Positions 26,121 to 40,606 of a stretch of 64,000 nucleotides of DNA are shown here, piece after piece. This DNA is from Octopus sinensis (taxonomy: Eukaryota). The stretch is from NCBI RefSeq assembly GCF_006345805.1, contig NC_042997.1, positions 43,028,001 to 43,092,000 of the forward strand, read 5' to 3'. How positions within the stretch are numbered: the stretch's first letter is position 1; the number at the start of each line of letters is the position of its first letter. The position numbers were made by a program, and so were the translations under genes. Under the pieces are notes generated by a model. The model saw only the letters and a program-made list of their open reading frames with translations, was not told the DNA's origin and did no database searches.

Positions 26121-26816
26121 ATTTCTTTCTTGAGCAAATTTTTATTTTCTTACAGAAAGGAGTATCACTTTCACATCTAGGTTGGTGTCTTTTTTGATAC
26201 TTGACAACTTAGATCCCATTTAAAAGAATATCATCTGCCTAATGTATAAACCCCTACTCGCTGAAATTATTGACTATTCCGTATCAAAATGAAGTAGTCT
26301 CCCCTAACAACCCTCTTTTAGACTTTAATCTTTTAGCATGCAGATTAATTTATCAAATGTAATGCTTATTTATCCACATTTAAAAAAAAATTAACCATGT
26401 AGTATCTTGTAGCTTCAAAATGTGATTGTTTATTCTTAGAATGACATTGTAGGGTAAGTGTGAGAGACTGGATCTGTCCAGTTTCAACATAAAACAGGTA
26501 GAATATTTGAGCCAGATATAGTCAGTTTAAATGCTAAATGGTTATATATTCTTCCCTGTGTAGAGTTTTCTAACATCTATTTGAAACCCACCTGTTGCAC
26601 CTACTTCTGTTGTTATCACTCTTACAGTGTTTATATTTGTCCTGTGTCTGTCAGGCTGAGGTGCAAATACCTCCTGTGTTTTGAACTCATTTTTAATGAA
26701 AATAGTTTTAAGCTGTCTCTCTTCAATGTAACACAGACCTTTACTTTCACTGCTCTTCAGATGCAATGATGAAGAACAAGTTATACTAATCTCAGCCCAA
26801 TGATTTATATACATAT

Positions 26817-27120
26817 TCATCATCATCATCATCATCATTTAGCGTCTGCTTTCCATGCAAGCATGGGTTGGACGGTTCAACTGGGGTCTGTGAAGCCAGG
26901 AGGCTTCATCAGGCCCAGTCAGATCTGGCAGTGTTTCTATGGCTGGATGCCCTTCCTAACGCCAACCACTCTGTGAGTGTAGTGGGTGCTTTTTATGTGC
27001 CACTAACACAGGTGCCAGACAGAGCTGGCAAACGGCCACGAACGGATGGTGCTTTTACGTGCCACCGGCACGGGGGCCAGGTGAGGCTGGCTACGGACAC
27101 GAGCGGATGGTGCTTTTACA
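26817..27120 (-). mobile_element. RTE-type 3' tail fragment
   Basis: (CAT)n tail, terminal module and two internal units as at 4253. Confidence 0.75.
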
Positions 27121-27158
27121 TATGTAAAACAGGATTTCATAATTATACATGCCTTGAT

Positions 27159-27490
27159 GTGAAGGCACATGGCTCAGTGGTTAGAGTGTTCGGCTCACAA
27201 TCACGAGGTAGTGAGTTCAATTCCTGGACTGAGCTGTGTGTTGTGTTCTTGAGCAAGACAATGTTGCTCCAGTTCACTCAGCTGTAGAAATGAGTTGCAA
27301 CATCACTGGTGCCAAGCTGTATTGGCCCCTTTGCCTTTCCCTTGGATAACATTGATGTATAGAGGGGAGGCTGGTATGCATGGGTGACTGCTGAACTTCC
27401 ACAAACAACCTTGCTTGAATGTGTGCCTCAGAGAGGAGCTTTCTTGGTGCAATCCCATGCTCATCCGTGACCAAATGGAGTCTTTACCCT
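27159..27490 (+). mobile_element. tRNA-derived SINE, family C
   Basis: A box tggctcagtgg, B box agttcaattcc; homologous to 13150-13494. Confidence 0.8.
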
Positions 27491-29385
27491 TTATTTATGC
27501 ACCTTGATAACAAAAAATGAATTAAAAAAATTATCAAATTCCTTATTTGGTTGAAACTGTACACATTTCAAAGTGGAATTAATTGTAGCTGCCAGACAGA
27601 TTAATCAAACTCACTGAACACACCAGGGAGAAGAAGTTATGATATTGATAATGTAATGCCTGTCAGCTGATTTTTGATGCTCTTTGATCAATACAAGGGC
27701 ATAGAATATGTCAATAGTGATTGGTTACAAAACCCACAGAATGAAATACAAGTACCTGCTCAGCTACTCACACCCCACTAAAACACTAGCAGAAAGACCC
27801 TCACCAAATGAAAACCAGTATAATCACCTAAAATCATTTTAAGATTATACTACAGAAATAATCTGATAGAAAATGCAGAATAAGTATAAATGTATGGGAA
27901 AATGATGTCTTAAATGAATAAATGAATGAGTTAATCCAAGATTTATGATGCCATGCCTAAGTTCACCCTATCAGAGAAGTCAGCCGAATTGGAAGTGACA
28001 CTGAAAAGAAACTACTTTAATAATGCCAAATCCAAATCCAATTGTGATTCAGCCAACTGTTATTTAGGAGGCCAACTAAAAGGGTCATGAGAATATGCAC
28101 TTCTTAGAGGAAGACTGAACAAACCTATTATCTAAATGAATAAAGACGCTCATAGATAGATTTTCCATAGCTGAAATTTTTTTTCTAAATATAAATATTT
28201 GCTTTCATGTATGTCTTTCCTGCCACTTGACTCAAATAATGTAAAAAATTAGAATGTGCCATGCAATAATGAAAACACAATCAAGTTTTTAATAAAAGTT
28301 CTTCTACAAATAAATGGTTTAGTATTAAGACATGTAAAAGTTGTAAATATTGTATATTTTGGAGTTGTACTAGTCTGGCAAGTGACTTAATCCAAGATGT
28401 GTGTAGAAACTGAAGTAATGGCATTGTGGAAGAACCATTTAATAAAATAAAAGCTGTTAAATTCACTTAAAATCTATTTCCTGAAGTGCCAACATTTTCA
28501 TAGTACAACTATGATCTGGTCACCAAAGACAGTTACACTTTATGAAGTAAATTTAACAGCTTTGAATGGAGGTCTTTCAGGATGAAGTTGATTATAACTC
28601 AATTTTTATTATCTTTTACGAATTTTACAGTTACATCTTTTTTCTAAACAAATTAGGAATTTATCAAATTGTGACTATTTATTCCATATTAAAAATTAGT
28701 AAAATCATAAACTGTGATTGGCAATTAATTACACAGCTTTAGTTTTTGTGTTTTATATTTATCACCCACAGTAAAGCAACGGATTAGTTCAATTCATTCA
28801 ACTTGCAAAGCTGATAATCTCTTCATAACAATGACAAGAGAGTTGCTCACACTGAAATAAGACTATAAGAAGATTTAGTGTCATGCTTGTAGTTTTTTCT
28901 CCAACATCAAACAGAATGCAGAGTAATTAGAGTGAGAAAGTGGTGACAGTTTAATGTGACTACTCACACACTAGTGTTGTACATAATTACAATAACACAA
29001 ATAAAAATAAAAGGTAATGAGCAACTGTGTTAAATGTTAAATTTAAAACATTAAAAATACAATTGTGTAAGTTTAGATGAGACAGTCTATCCCACTCACC
29101 TCTCTCTCTCTATATATATATACATACACCCTACACTTGTATCACTATCATCACCATCATGCTCATTTTAATGTCCACTTTTCCATGCTTGCATGGGTTG
29201 GATAGAGTTTATTGAGACAAATTTTCTATGGCCAGATGCCCTTCTTGTCATCAATCCTCACCTGCCTCTAAGCAAGGTAATATTTCCCTAGGGCCAAACA
29301 TGTTTCTGTAGGATATTGGAAATGAATGATATCCATTTAAAACAATAATGTGATGTCAAGACAAGAAGACACACATACATATATA

Positions 29386-30185
29386 TGAGGTGATATCAAA
29401 AGGCTTCTAGACTAGTTCTGTAACATGCCAATAGATGGCAGTAATTGATTGCATGTGCAGTGAGAGCTAGCAGTGACCTTCATGAGACAGTGTGCCGAGT
29501 GACATCACCGTGTTTACTTCACAAGTTGTGAAATTTGTGATTTTGTGATCAAGTGTGTCTGCTGTAGTTTGCGATTTTGCATTAAACTTAGAACGTCTGC
29601 TACAGAGACTGAGAATGCTTCAGCAAGCTTACGGCGATGAAGCAATAAGTCATACGTAATGTTTTGAGTGGTATGGGTACTTCAAAAGCAGAAGAACATC
29701 CCTGGAAGATGATGAGCAATCTGGAAGACCTGCCATAAGCATCACCCCCTGGAAATGTATTGTGCATTGAGAATTCATCCCCCAGGGCCCGACTGTCAAT
29801 CAAGAGTTCTACTGCAATGTTTTGAAACATTTGAGGAAAGGACATTCAGCGAAAGGGACTGGATCTGTAGAGCGCCAAGTATTGGAATCTTCACTGAGGT
29901 CTCCTCACTGATGAATTTCCTGCCAAAAATATGATATTACTTCTGAACCCACACCCTATTCACCAGATTTAGCACCTGCAGACTTCCATCTCTTCCCCAA
30001 GATGAAAATGCAGCTCAAAGGTTTTCTGTTTTAACACCATTCTTGAGATCAAGAGCGTTTCACAGAAGATCCTTGACTAGCATATGCAAAACAACTTCCA
30101 GGCTGGATTCCAAAAGTGGCAGGACTGCTGGGACTGGCGTATTGCTGTGCAAGGTGACTATTTTGAAGGAGATGATGTTAAAAGG
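29386..30185 (+). mobile_element. Internally deleted mariner transposon
   Basis: Remnants EDDEQSGRP, PYSPDLAPADFHLFPKMK and QGDYFEGD. Confidence 0.8.
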
Positions 30186-30195
30186 TATATATATA

Positions 30196-30595
30196 TCATC
30201 ATCATCATCGTTTAACGTCCGTTCTCCATGCTAGCATGGGTTGGACGGTTCAACTGGGGTCTGGGGAGCCCGAAAGCTGCACCAGTCCAGTCAGATCTGG
30301 CAGTGTTTCTACAGCTCGATGCCCTTCCTAACGCCAACCACTCCGAGAGTGTAGTGGGTGACTTTATGTGCCACCGACACAGGTGCCAGACGAGGCTGGC
30401 AAACGGCCACGCTCGGATGGTGTTTTTTATGTGCCACCGACACAGGTGCCAGACGAGGCTGGCAGACGGCCACGCTCGGATGGTGTTTTTATGTGCCACC
30501 GACACAGGTGCCAGATGAGGCTGGCAAACGGCCACGATCGGATGGTGTTTGTTACGTGCCCACAGCACGGAGGCCAGTCGATGCGGTACTGGCTA
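30196..30595 (-). mobile_element. RTE-type 3' tail copy with 3 internal units
   Basis: Near-identical to 4253-4720 but one unit shorter. Confidence 0.8.
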
Positions 30596-30929
30596 TATAT
30601 ATGTGATGGGCTTTTTTAAGTTTCCATCTACCAAATCCACTTACATGAGTTTACTTGGCCTGGAGCTATAGAAGAGACTTGCCTGATGTGCCACATCAAG
30701 ACTCAATCCAAAACCATGTGGTAGGGAAGTAAATTTCTTAACCATTCAACCACATCTGTGCTCATATATAAATGGTTGAATTGTTAAGAAATTTGATTTG
30801 CAATCATAAAACCTTACTTTTGATTCCACGGTGTGGTACTTTAGGTAAGTGTCTTGAACCATAGCCTTGGCTTGACCCAAAGTTATGTGTAGAAGGAAAC
30901 TGGAGCTGATGTGCCTGCATTTAGATTGT

Positions 30930-31380
30930 CCAGAAGCTTAAGAATTGGATGCTGTCAGACGAGTAAAGAATCTTGTAGTCAAATGTGTCAAAATGTAGTT
31001 TACTTAGTCAAGTATTTCCAATGTTGTATGGGGGAAAAAGTTTCATCCAGGGTGCATGAATTTGACAATTAAGCATGGTGACAGCAATGCCATGATTTAG
31101 AGACGCCCAACTAGAAATGGGAAAACCAACACATCCAGTGGAGGACATCATAAACAGTAAAGTCTATCTGGAAGCCTTGGAGAAGAATAGGCTTCCATGA
31201 GCCAAGAGTCATTTGGGTGAGCTGTGGATTTTTCAGTATGAAAACAACCCAAGGCAAACTACAGGAATAATCAAGGAATTCATTAAAAGCAAGAAAACTT
31301 GAGGGCTGCAGTAGCCAGCAGAAACCTGGATGTAGATCCCATTGAAAACTTATGGAAATTGGTTGACACGATTATTTAAC
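30930..31380 (+). mobile_element. Decayed Tc1 transposase fragment
   Basis: WIFQYENNPRQT and DVDPIENLWK remnants correspond to FQQDNDPKH and DLNPIENLW. Confidence 0.6.
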
Positions 31381-32391
31381 AAACGAATTCTAGGAAATTA
31401 CATGTCTGCTAAGTTCACTGTCATCAATTCACTGTTTCTTTGTTAATAAAATAGTTTTAAATTATAAATGGTGAGATACTATGGATATATTTTATCAAAA
31501 CTTCCCTCACAGTGAACTTTCCTCATGGTGAACTTTCTTCACATTGAATTGATGGTGGTGAACTTACCTGTAATCAGGAAATTAAGTGACTTATATAATT
31601 TGCAAAAGAGCCCCTTTGGTCACAAATGATCAAGGGATTGCAACCAGAAGTTTCCCCACTGAGGCACAAGTCCAGGCAAGGTTGTTTGTGCAAGACCAGC
31701 AGTTGCCCACCCATACCACTGAAAAGAAAGGCCGATACAGCTTGGCACCAGTGATGTTGCAACTCATTTCTTCAACTGAGGGAACTGGAGCAACATGAAA
31801 TAAAGTGTCTTGCTCAAGAACACAACACATAGTCCAGGAATTGAACTCACAACCTCACAATTGTAAGCCCAGTGACCTAACCATATGCAATACATAATTA
31901 TATAGCACAAAAATAGGAAGATGCAGACAGTGTTTACTACAGCTCCAGCCTGACCAATGCTTTGTGAGTTAATTTAGTAGACAGAAACTGCCATGTAAGT
32001 GTGTGTGTGTGTTCTGGTCACTTCAGCAATCTAATTATACACAGGCTGTTAGTGATCTTGGTCTTTTTCAGTTTTCTTTTCCGATGAAAAGGTAAGCTCA
32101 AAACTTCAAAAACTCTTTTTACTGAGCGTCAAGCTAATACATTCCATGTGCACATCCTCTTGTTTGTTATTGTTATTTTTAGTGTTTGTTTATCGACCAT
32201 ATATATATATATATGTATGTATATATATATATAGGCGCAGGCATGGCTGTGTGTTAGGAAGCTTGCTACCCAATCACATGATTCTGGGTTCAGTCCCACT
32301 GCGTGGCACCTTGGGCAAGTTTCTTCTACTATAGCCTCGGGCCAACCAAAGATTTGCGCATGGGTTCAGTAGATGGAAACAGGAAGAAGCC

Positions 32392-32422
<31 letters not shown>

Positions 32423-32642
32423 TGTATGTATATATAGTTGGATACTCCGTCTCCAATGTCATACTCTTTTACTCATTTCAGTCATTTGACTGCGGCCATG
32501 CTGAGATCGATAGAATAAGTACAAGGCTTACAAAGAATAAGTCCTGAGGTTGATTTCTTCAACTAAAACCCTTTAAGGTGTTGCTGCAGCAAGGCTACAG
32601 TCAGATAACTGAAACAAGTAAAAGAATAAAAGAATATAAATG

Positions 32643-34030
32643 CAGGATGCTGTGAATAAATTGTCATCTAAATTACGTAAAAATAAAAATAACACTGACA
32701 CTTCATTTTAACAGACATATTTACCAAAATTACATAAAAATATCTTGAAATACTAAAGAGTAAATTTATTCAATAAAATCGCCATTGGTTTCAACTACGA
32801 TCTCCAGATGACTTCAGAATCTCCTGCAACTCTTCTGGATGGTCTCCTTGTTTAAGTTGGTGAATGCTGCCATAATCCTTGCCTTCAGTTCATCTTTGGT
32901 GTTACAAGGAGTTTTGTTGGTCTCTCGCTCAACTGTGCCCCACACATAATAATCAAGGGGGTTGCAGTCTGGGGAGTTAGGTGGCCAGATATTAGGGGTG
33001 ATTTGGTCGAAGAGTCCTATTGCTAGATATATGGTCTTGCAGCAGCCACCTTCTTCACCCACTTGATGTAGGCCCCCTTGTTGAGTCTGAGGCCGTGCAG
33101 GAAGATGAATGGAGGCAGAGCATTGCCATCACTAGTGATCATTCCAAACACCATGATGTTGACTGGATGTTTGATTTTTATCACTCTCAGTATGTGTTTC
33201 GGGACATGGCAAACCAATGGTGGCCCCTGTGTGTTCACCATCTGATCCTGGCAGAAATTTTTCTCGTCTGAGAAAAACCAAAGCATGTTCGGTTGGAGGG
33301 GATGCTTGAGTTTGTTCAAAAGCTTCATTGCACTCTCTTTCCTCTTGTCCTTGATGGCTTGGGATAACAATTGGCCCATTCTCATCTTGTATGAGGAATA
33401 CCGAATGTCTTCATGCACTACCTTCCTGATAAAAAAACTCAGACACTCCCATGTCCCTGGCGATGATGGACCTGATTGACTTGGAAGGATCGATGTAAAT
33501 CATGGCTTGGATGTCACCAACAAATTCAGGAGTTCTTTTCTTAGAAAGATCAGAGTGAGTTTTCCAAGCTACCATACCTTCGTAATTACCATTAGATTCA
33601 TTCAACTCTTTCTAAATCCTCTGCACTGTCCTCTGATTGACACCCAGGGACTCTGAAACGGTCATATTGGAGATTCTGGCGTGAATGCTAAGCAGTACAA
33701 TATGTCATTTCCAAATTCCTGGCAGAATGAATTGCGTCATGGTCCTGTTTTTCTCACAGACGCTGCCTTCAGTTCATCTTTGGTGTTACAAGGAGCTTTG
33801 TTGCTCTCTCACTCAACTGTGCCCCACACATAATAATCAAGGGGGTTGCAGTCTGGGGAGTTAGATGGCCAGATGTTTGAGTCCTGTTGCCAGATATAGG
33901 GTCTTCCAGCAGCCACCCTCTTCACCTAGGGCAGCACTACCTCCTCCAGGAGTCAACAAAGTAAAAGGCAAACAATGCGCACGTGCAAAATTAAATATAT
34001 AAAATGGCGACAATTTATCCATCACATCCT
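32643..34030 (-). mobile_element. Second defective DD37D (maT-like) transposon
   Basis: Ends caggatgctgtgaataaattgtc / gacaatttatccatcacatcct; WFFSDEKNF and WPPNSPDCNPLDYYVW remnants. Confidence 0.85.
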
Positions 34031-34447
34031 ATATATATAGGATATGTCAAGCAGTGATGGGGAGACACACTCATAAACATATATATATATATATATATAT
34101 GTTTATGAGTGTGTCTCCCCATCACTGCTTGACAACTGGTGGGGTTTTTAATTTTTTACATTCCTGTTACTTAGTGGTTCAACAAAATGGAACAATAAAA
34201 TTGAGTACTGTGGTTGACACCCTTCAAGGTGGTGCCCCAGCATGGTTGCAGTCCAGTGATTGGAACAAGTAACAGAAGATAATGCGATCACCACCTTTAT
34301 ATTAAATGCTTCAAAGCTGTGATTCTGTTTCAAGAAACTTTAGGTACCAGATCAACTATTTGTACCATGATTTTATTCTTCCTAATCTTTAATACACACA
34401 TTCTATACTTTTTAGAAAAAAATATTGTATGGTTTAAATCTTCTTAA

Positions 34448-34667
34448 CCCTTTAGTGTTTGCATTATTCTGCCAAAATTAATCCTTTTTTATTCAAATTG
34501 TTTTGAACTAATCATTCATTATCTTGTAGCTTTGAGATTTTGATGAGGTAGCTGTTAATTTTTAAAGCGATATTGTAGGGTTGGTGTGAGAGACCAGATC
34601 TGGCCAGTTTGAACATAAAACAGTAGAATACTTCTGGCCGGATATGGCCGGTTTAAATGCTAAAGGG
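34448..34667. mobile_element. piggyBac-like MITE, family 1 (220 bp)
   Basis: TTAA|ccctttagt ... gctaaaggg|TTAA. Confidence 0.85.
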
Positions 34668-35024
34668 TTAAATCAACTAATATTAATTTTCATAGCATTA
34701 TTGATATTGTCAATAATTGCATTAGGCTAATTAAAAATGTTAATGTTTCAAAATACATAATTTAAAAGAATAAAAGAAAAAACTCTCATTCTATTCATAA
34801 GAATTGAAAACAATGAAACAATGCTTATCACAATATTGTTGCCCTTAAATTACATGCTGCCACTGTATAATATGTATATACATACATAAATAAATATATA
34901 TATGATATATATTTATACACACACACATCTATTTATATTATGTAATTTTGGAGTAACACGTCACTATAAAGATATGCCAACATTTCAACAGAAAGCAAAC
35001 ATATATTTTTCTCTTATATATATG

Positions 35025-35112
<88 letters not shown>

Positions 35113-35134
35113 TATATATATATACACATATATA

Positions 35135-35507
35135 GGTGCAGGAGTGGCTGTGTGGTAAGTAGCTTGCTAACCAACCACATGGTTCTGGGTTCAGTCCCAC
35201 TGCGTGGCATCTTGGGCAAGTGTCTTCTGCTATAGCCCCGGGTCGACCAATGCCTTGTGAGTGGATTTGGTAGACGGAAACTGAAAGAAGCCTGTCGTAT
35301 ATATGTATATATGTGTATGTGTGTGTGTTTGTCCCCCTAGCATTGCTTGACAACTGATGCTGGTGTGTTTACGTCCCCGTCACTTAGCGGTTCGGCAAAA
35401 GAGACCGATAGAATAACTCCCGGGGTCGATTTGCTCGACTAAAGGCGGTGCTCCAGCATGGCTGCAGTCAAATGACTGAAACAAGTAAAAGAGTAAAAGA
35501 GTAAGAG
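35135..35507 (+). mobile_element. tRNA-derived SINE, family A, next to a long (TA)n tract
   Basis: Homologous to 16145-16563. Confidence 0.85.
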
Positions 35508-36211
35508 TATATACACACACACACACAGAGGTCAAGGGAGGAGTGGTAATATTGCACCAGTTTAACGAACCTATATTATAATATATTGCTTGATTTCTAG
35601 AACTGAAAAGAGCTTTTTCATCAACACACTTAACACTTCACCTCATTTCCTTTCAAAACCATAAAAAGAATAAAATGCAATGAATAGATTTATTTGTTTA
35701 AAAATCAAATCATTGACAATTATTTTCTCAACAAAAGACAAAAAAAAGAAAAGTCAAACTTTTAGAGCAGCCAACATGAACAACTTAACCGAGTTGTTAC
35801 TAGTCTGGAGTTCCAGTTTTTTTGAAACAGATTTGCAACATGTGAGGATAAACCTGGGAACATGTTGGGAGGTAAATAAGGCAGTTTTAAAAGGTTTTAG
35901 AATAAGTTTGAAGCAGAAGAATTGTCCCTGCATACTGGGATGTGTTCTTGATAGCAAAAAATACTAAACCAATATCCATGGATTGAATTCCATTCTTTTA
36001 AGGGACCTGTTACAAATTCAACAGAGTGAATTCCATAATACATCTTAGGACCAGATTGTGGTTTTAAAGCAGATAATGGATTAAACCAACAACCCCACTG
36101 CAAGATTTACTTAGGTGTATGCTGCCACTATCACCACCACCAACATAATGCAGGGGCCTCTGCTGTAGGCTCACACCATCAAGTAGTTCTTTCTATTCAG
36201 GAGATGCTTAA

Positions 36212-38122
36212 CCCTTTCGTTACTATATTTCTGACCAAAATACACCCCCCACGAGTTTCAATTAAATTCTAAAATAATCATGAATCTAGGCTTGTTTCAT
36301 TAAATAACTAACTTTTTTACTTATCAACATATTAATGTGATATTTGGAACATAATTAAAGAAAGGGTTCTTAATCAATTCTATTGCATAACTTCTGTCTC
36401 AAAGTGACTTTAATTACAGGTAAATCCAGGTAAATTGAGCAAAAGGTAAAAATATTAAAATTTTGTTTAAACATCACCATAGAAAATGAATCATCAGCTA
36501 ATATTCAAATGGTATGCAACAAAATTTTGATAAAGAAGAATTGTGCACATCACTAGATCATCAGTTGAATTTAATGCACAACAGGTGTACCATAAAGGTG
36601 GAATAAACTGAAATACTGGAATCCACCGCAAGTTTGACCGAACTAAAGAAATCGGTCAAAAAAATAATATACGGCCCTGGTTATGGTATCATCATCATCA
36701 TCGTTTAACGTCCGTTCTCCATGCTAGCATGGGTTGGACGGTTCGACTGGGGATCTGGGAAGCCAGAAGGCTGCACCAGGCTCCAGTCTTATCTGGCAAT
36801 GTTTCTACAGCTGGATGCCCTTCCTAACGCCAACCACTCCGTGAGTGTAGTGGGTGCTTTTTACATGCCACCCGCACAGGTGCCAGGCAAGGCTGGCAAT
36901 GGCCACGGTCGGATTGGTGCATTTTATGTGCCACCGGCACAGAAGCCAGTCGAGGCGGCACTGGCTTCGGCTGGTGCTTTTTACGTGCCACCGGCACGGA
37001 AGCCAGTCGAGGTGGCGCTGGCATCGGTCACGATTCGGATAGTGCTTTTTTACGTACCACCAGTCCAGGGGTCCTGGCATCTGCCGGGTGCCAGTCATAG
37101 GATTGGTTCAATTTCGATTCCGATTTCAATTTCACTTGCCCCAACATGTCTTCGCAAGCAAAGGGGGTTGGCATGGGTGCCTGTCATCGGATGAGGTTCG
37201 ATATCGACTTCGCTTGCCTCAACAGGTCTTTGTGTGTCCAAGGGAGGAAAGGCATGCATAAGTGGGCTGGACTCACTTGTCCTGCCTGGTCTTCTCACGT
37301 ACAGCATATTTCCAAAGGTCTCGGTCGCTGGTCATTTCCTCAGTGATAAATTCCAGACCACCTCGTTCCCTAGGCCATGCTGACTAACATTATTTTCCCT
37401 GTATAAAAACTAAATCCACCGCAGTACCCAGTATTTGCTTCACAAATTTTCCGAAATTTGAACCCCCATTTTGTGTTTGTTTACATTCTGCATAAGTTTG
37501 TTTCCGCATTGATCGCTTCAAACAATAAATTCCAGACCACCTCGTTCCCTAGGCCATGCTGACTAACATTATTTTCCCTGTATAAAAACTAAATCCACCG
37601 CAGTACCCAGTATTTGCTTCACAAATTTTCCGAAATTTGAACCCCCATTTTGTGTTTGTTTACATTCTGCATAAGTTTGTTTCCGCATTGATCGCTTCAA
37701 ACAATAACTTCCAGACCACATCATACCCTAAGCCATGCTGGCTAACATTAGTTTCCCTGTATAAAAACTAAATCCACAACAGTACCCAGTATTTGCTTCA
37801 CAAATTTTCCAATTCGGAATCAATGCTTGATAACATGAAACTCCTATCCATTTTCAAAGTTGAAGAAAAATTGATGCCGAAAAAAATGTGGAAAAAAATC
37901 TCCCAAAATTCACGGAATTAAAATTACACTTCGATCGTTGTACAAAACTGTAGATGAACTGTTTACGAAGCATAATCACGTGTTTTCACGAATGTACTAA
38001 AGAGATTTGCTCTGATATTCTCATTTAAATATGAATAGGTAATTACGGGCGGCTTTAGGCGGTTTGGTCACATTAACCAAAATTTTTTTCAGGCGGCTTT
38101 GGGTGGTTTGGTAACGAAAGGG
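36212..38122. mobile_element. Non-autonomous piggyBac-like element with a nested RTE tail (36689-37345) and internal tandem repeat
   Basis: TTAA|ccctttcgttac ... gtaacgaaaggg|TTAA; subterminal repeats ggcggcttt.gg.ggtttggt near the right end; no transposase. Confidence 0.8.
37346..37810. repeat. 179-bp tandem repeat, about 2.6 copies
   Basis: Units start at 37346, 37525 and 37704; the first two look identical and the third is diverged and partial. Confidence 0.9.
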
Positions 38123-40114
38123 TTAATGCATTATTCAAAATAAAACAGTCCTGCAATGGGTTACAAACTAATGAGATTCAATTTTGATAACTTCTCAAGT
38201 ATGATGACATCAGTTCTGACAAAACTTCTGTATCATTCATTACCACACTCTCCAATCTCCTTCACACTAATCCCCAACATTGTTCTTCCTTCCCCTTCCT
38301 CTGTGTTCTCTACTCCCATCCTATTTCTATTCATTTTATTATTTGTTCTATCACTAATTTCTCACAAAAATCATATTCCTTTCTATCATGGGGTCCTCTA
38401 TTTCGTTTTGCAAGCTACAAGGTAACACCAACAGTGATGGTGCCACAAAAGCATCCAGTACACTCTAAATGTTTGATAATTGATCTGAACAGCAACAATG
38501 CAGGGCTTTAGAGGACTCTTTAGTCTTGCCGATGGCAAGGCAACCTCTATAGTGCCAGTGCCATGAAAAATGCACCCTGTATTGTCTGTAAAGTGGTTGC
38601 TGTTAGGAAGAGTATCCAGCTGCTAAAAACCTGGCAATGTAGTGCTGGTGCTATGAAAATGTGGCTAGTGTTAGGAAGGGTGTCCAACTGCAGAAACCCT
38701 GCCAATATTGAGGCATTGGAAGATGTGGTCATCTGACTGTTGAATCCTGTCAAACTGAACAACACATTTCAAGTGGACATATAACGGTGATATAGTTGAG
38801 CATGGAAATGTAAGGCAATCCAGGTTTTTATCACAACTGGAATTCAAACATCAGATAACTGCTACATGAAGCTTTGGGAGTAACTCACTTTATCCCTGTT
38901 TCAGCATATTTATGGCTTGAAGGTGGTTAACCAAACACTTGATGTTATCTCATAAGCCAAACACACTGGATATGTAATGCTTCAAAAAAACGTCTGTGAC
39001 CGCATTGCACATTTAACAGTGGCTGGTTGTGAGAAGGGAAATGTAGGTGGCCGTACATTTTCTAATTGTTTCATATCGGAAACATTTTTTCACGCTCAGA
39101 GTTGCTGAGGCATGGAATAAACTGCCTGCGTCAGTTGTTGACTGCCATGACACTGCATCCTTTAAGGCCCTCATGCTTTCCGAAATCCGCCAAAACTACA
39201 CCTGATTATACATACACTTTAGATGAGTTGTAGTGCACCTGAGCACTGTACACAATTATTATTATTATTATTATTATCATAGTCTGTTCATATATGAATC
39301 AAACATTAGGATTCAGAATAGGGTAAATTAGGGCTAGTCTGCAGTAGCTTTATTTATTTGAGGTATATTAAAAGTGCTTGACAATCTTCACAGACTTGTG
39401 AGATAATAAACTTTGAAAATTAGTTAACTGATGATATTATGGGTTTTGTGCTTGCAATTCAAATCTATTTTGACTCTACCTCATCTCTAATCATCCCAGA
39501 CTCCTCTCCTCATAAATTCTTTTAACCTCAACTCATTCATCCTTCCTCTTCTTCAATCCCCAGAATCCATCCCGGCACCTCGTTACTACCATCTTTATTT
39601 CTCTTTCCAGTTCCACTCTACTCCGATCCACTCTTACATAATGTGAATAGTCATGTATTTTCACTACAGCAAGAAACCTGTTCTGGCCCCTTCTTTCATA
39701 GTTTAACCTCTCATCACCTAGCATAGAACTGTCTTTTCTCAGTCAAAGAGGATCTCTGTCTTGTAGCATGGTAACCTAACTACTGCTGGTGCCACAAAAA
39801 AGGCACCCAGTACATTCTGTAAAGTGGTCAATGTTTGACAGGGTATCTAACTGTAGAAACATACCAAAGCAGACATTGGAGTCTGAGAATCCTCCAACCG
39901 GTCAGATCCTGTCAAACTGGAAGACAGACGTAAATAACAATGAAGGTAACAATATATGAAGCTTACCCTAATAACTTTAAACACATATATTAATATTTGT
40001 CCTACAGACATCACAACAGTAATGCATAATAGATTCACAGAAATAAAACCATTAAAAAACAAAAAACAACATTAAATTATTTAAAGAATGAAACAGTATG
40101 TGTGTGTGTGTGTA

Positions 40115-40149
<35 letters not shown>

Positions 40150-40156
40150 GCATGTA

Positions 40157-40189
<33 letters not shown>

Positions 40190-40606
40190 CATCATCATCA
40201 TCATCGTTTAACGTCCGTTCTCCATGCTAGCATGGGTTGGACAGTTCGACCGGGGATCTGAGAAGCCAGAAGGCTGCACCAGACTCCAGTCTGATCTGGC
40301 AGTGTTTCTACAGTTGGATGCCCTTCCTAACGTCAACCATTCCGGGAGTGCGATGGGTACTTTTATGTGCTACCAGCATGGGTGTCTATTGTGTGACACC
40401 AGTATCTGCCATGACTATAATTTCGCTAGGCTTGATGGATCTTCCACTCAAGCATGGCATATTGTCCAAGGTCTCAGTCACTTGTCTGTATAACATTCAC
40501 ACAAACAGTACAATCAAATAATGAAAGCTAGGAAACAAACTGGACTAAGCATGAGATAAAGAGGAGAAGATTAGCTGCAGGTAACTGGTTTAGATTAGCA
40601 TTACAT

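Noticed and set aside
34938-35353. YIYI- and THTH-rich short ORFs here and elsewhere
   Set aside because: They are translations of (TA)n/(CA)n microsatellites and SINE bodies.
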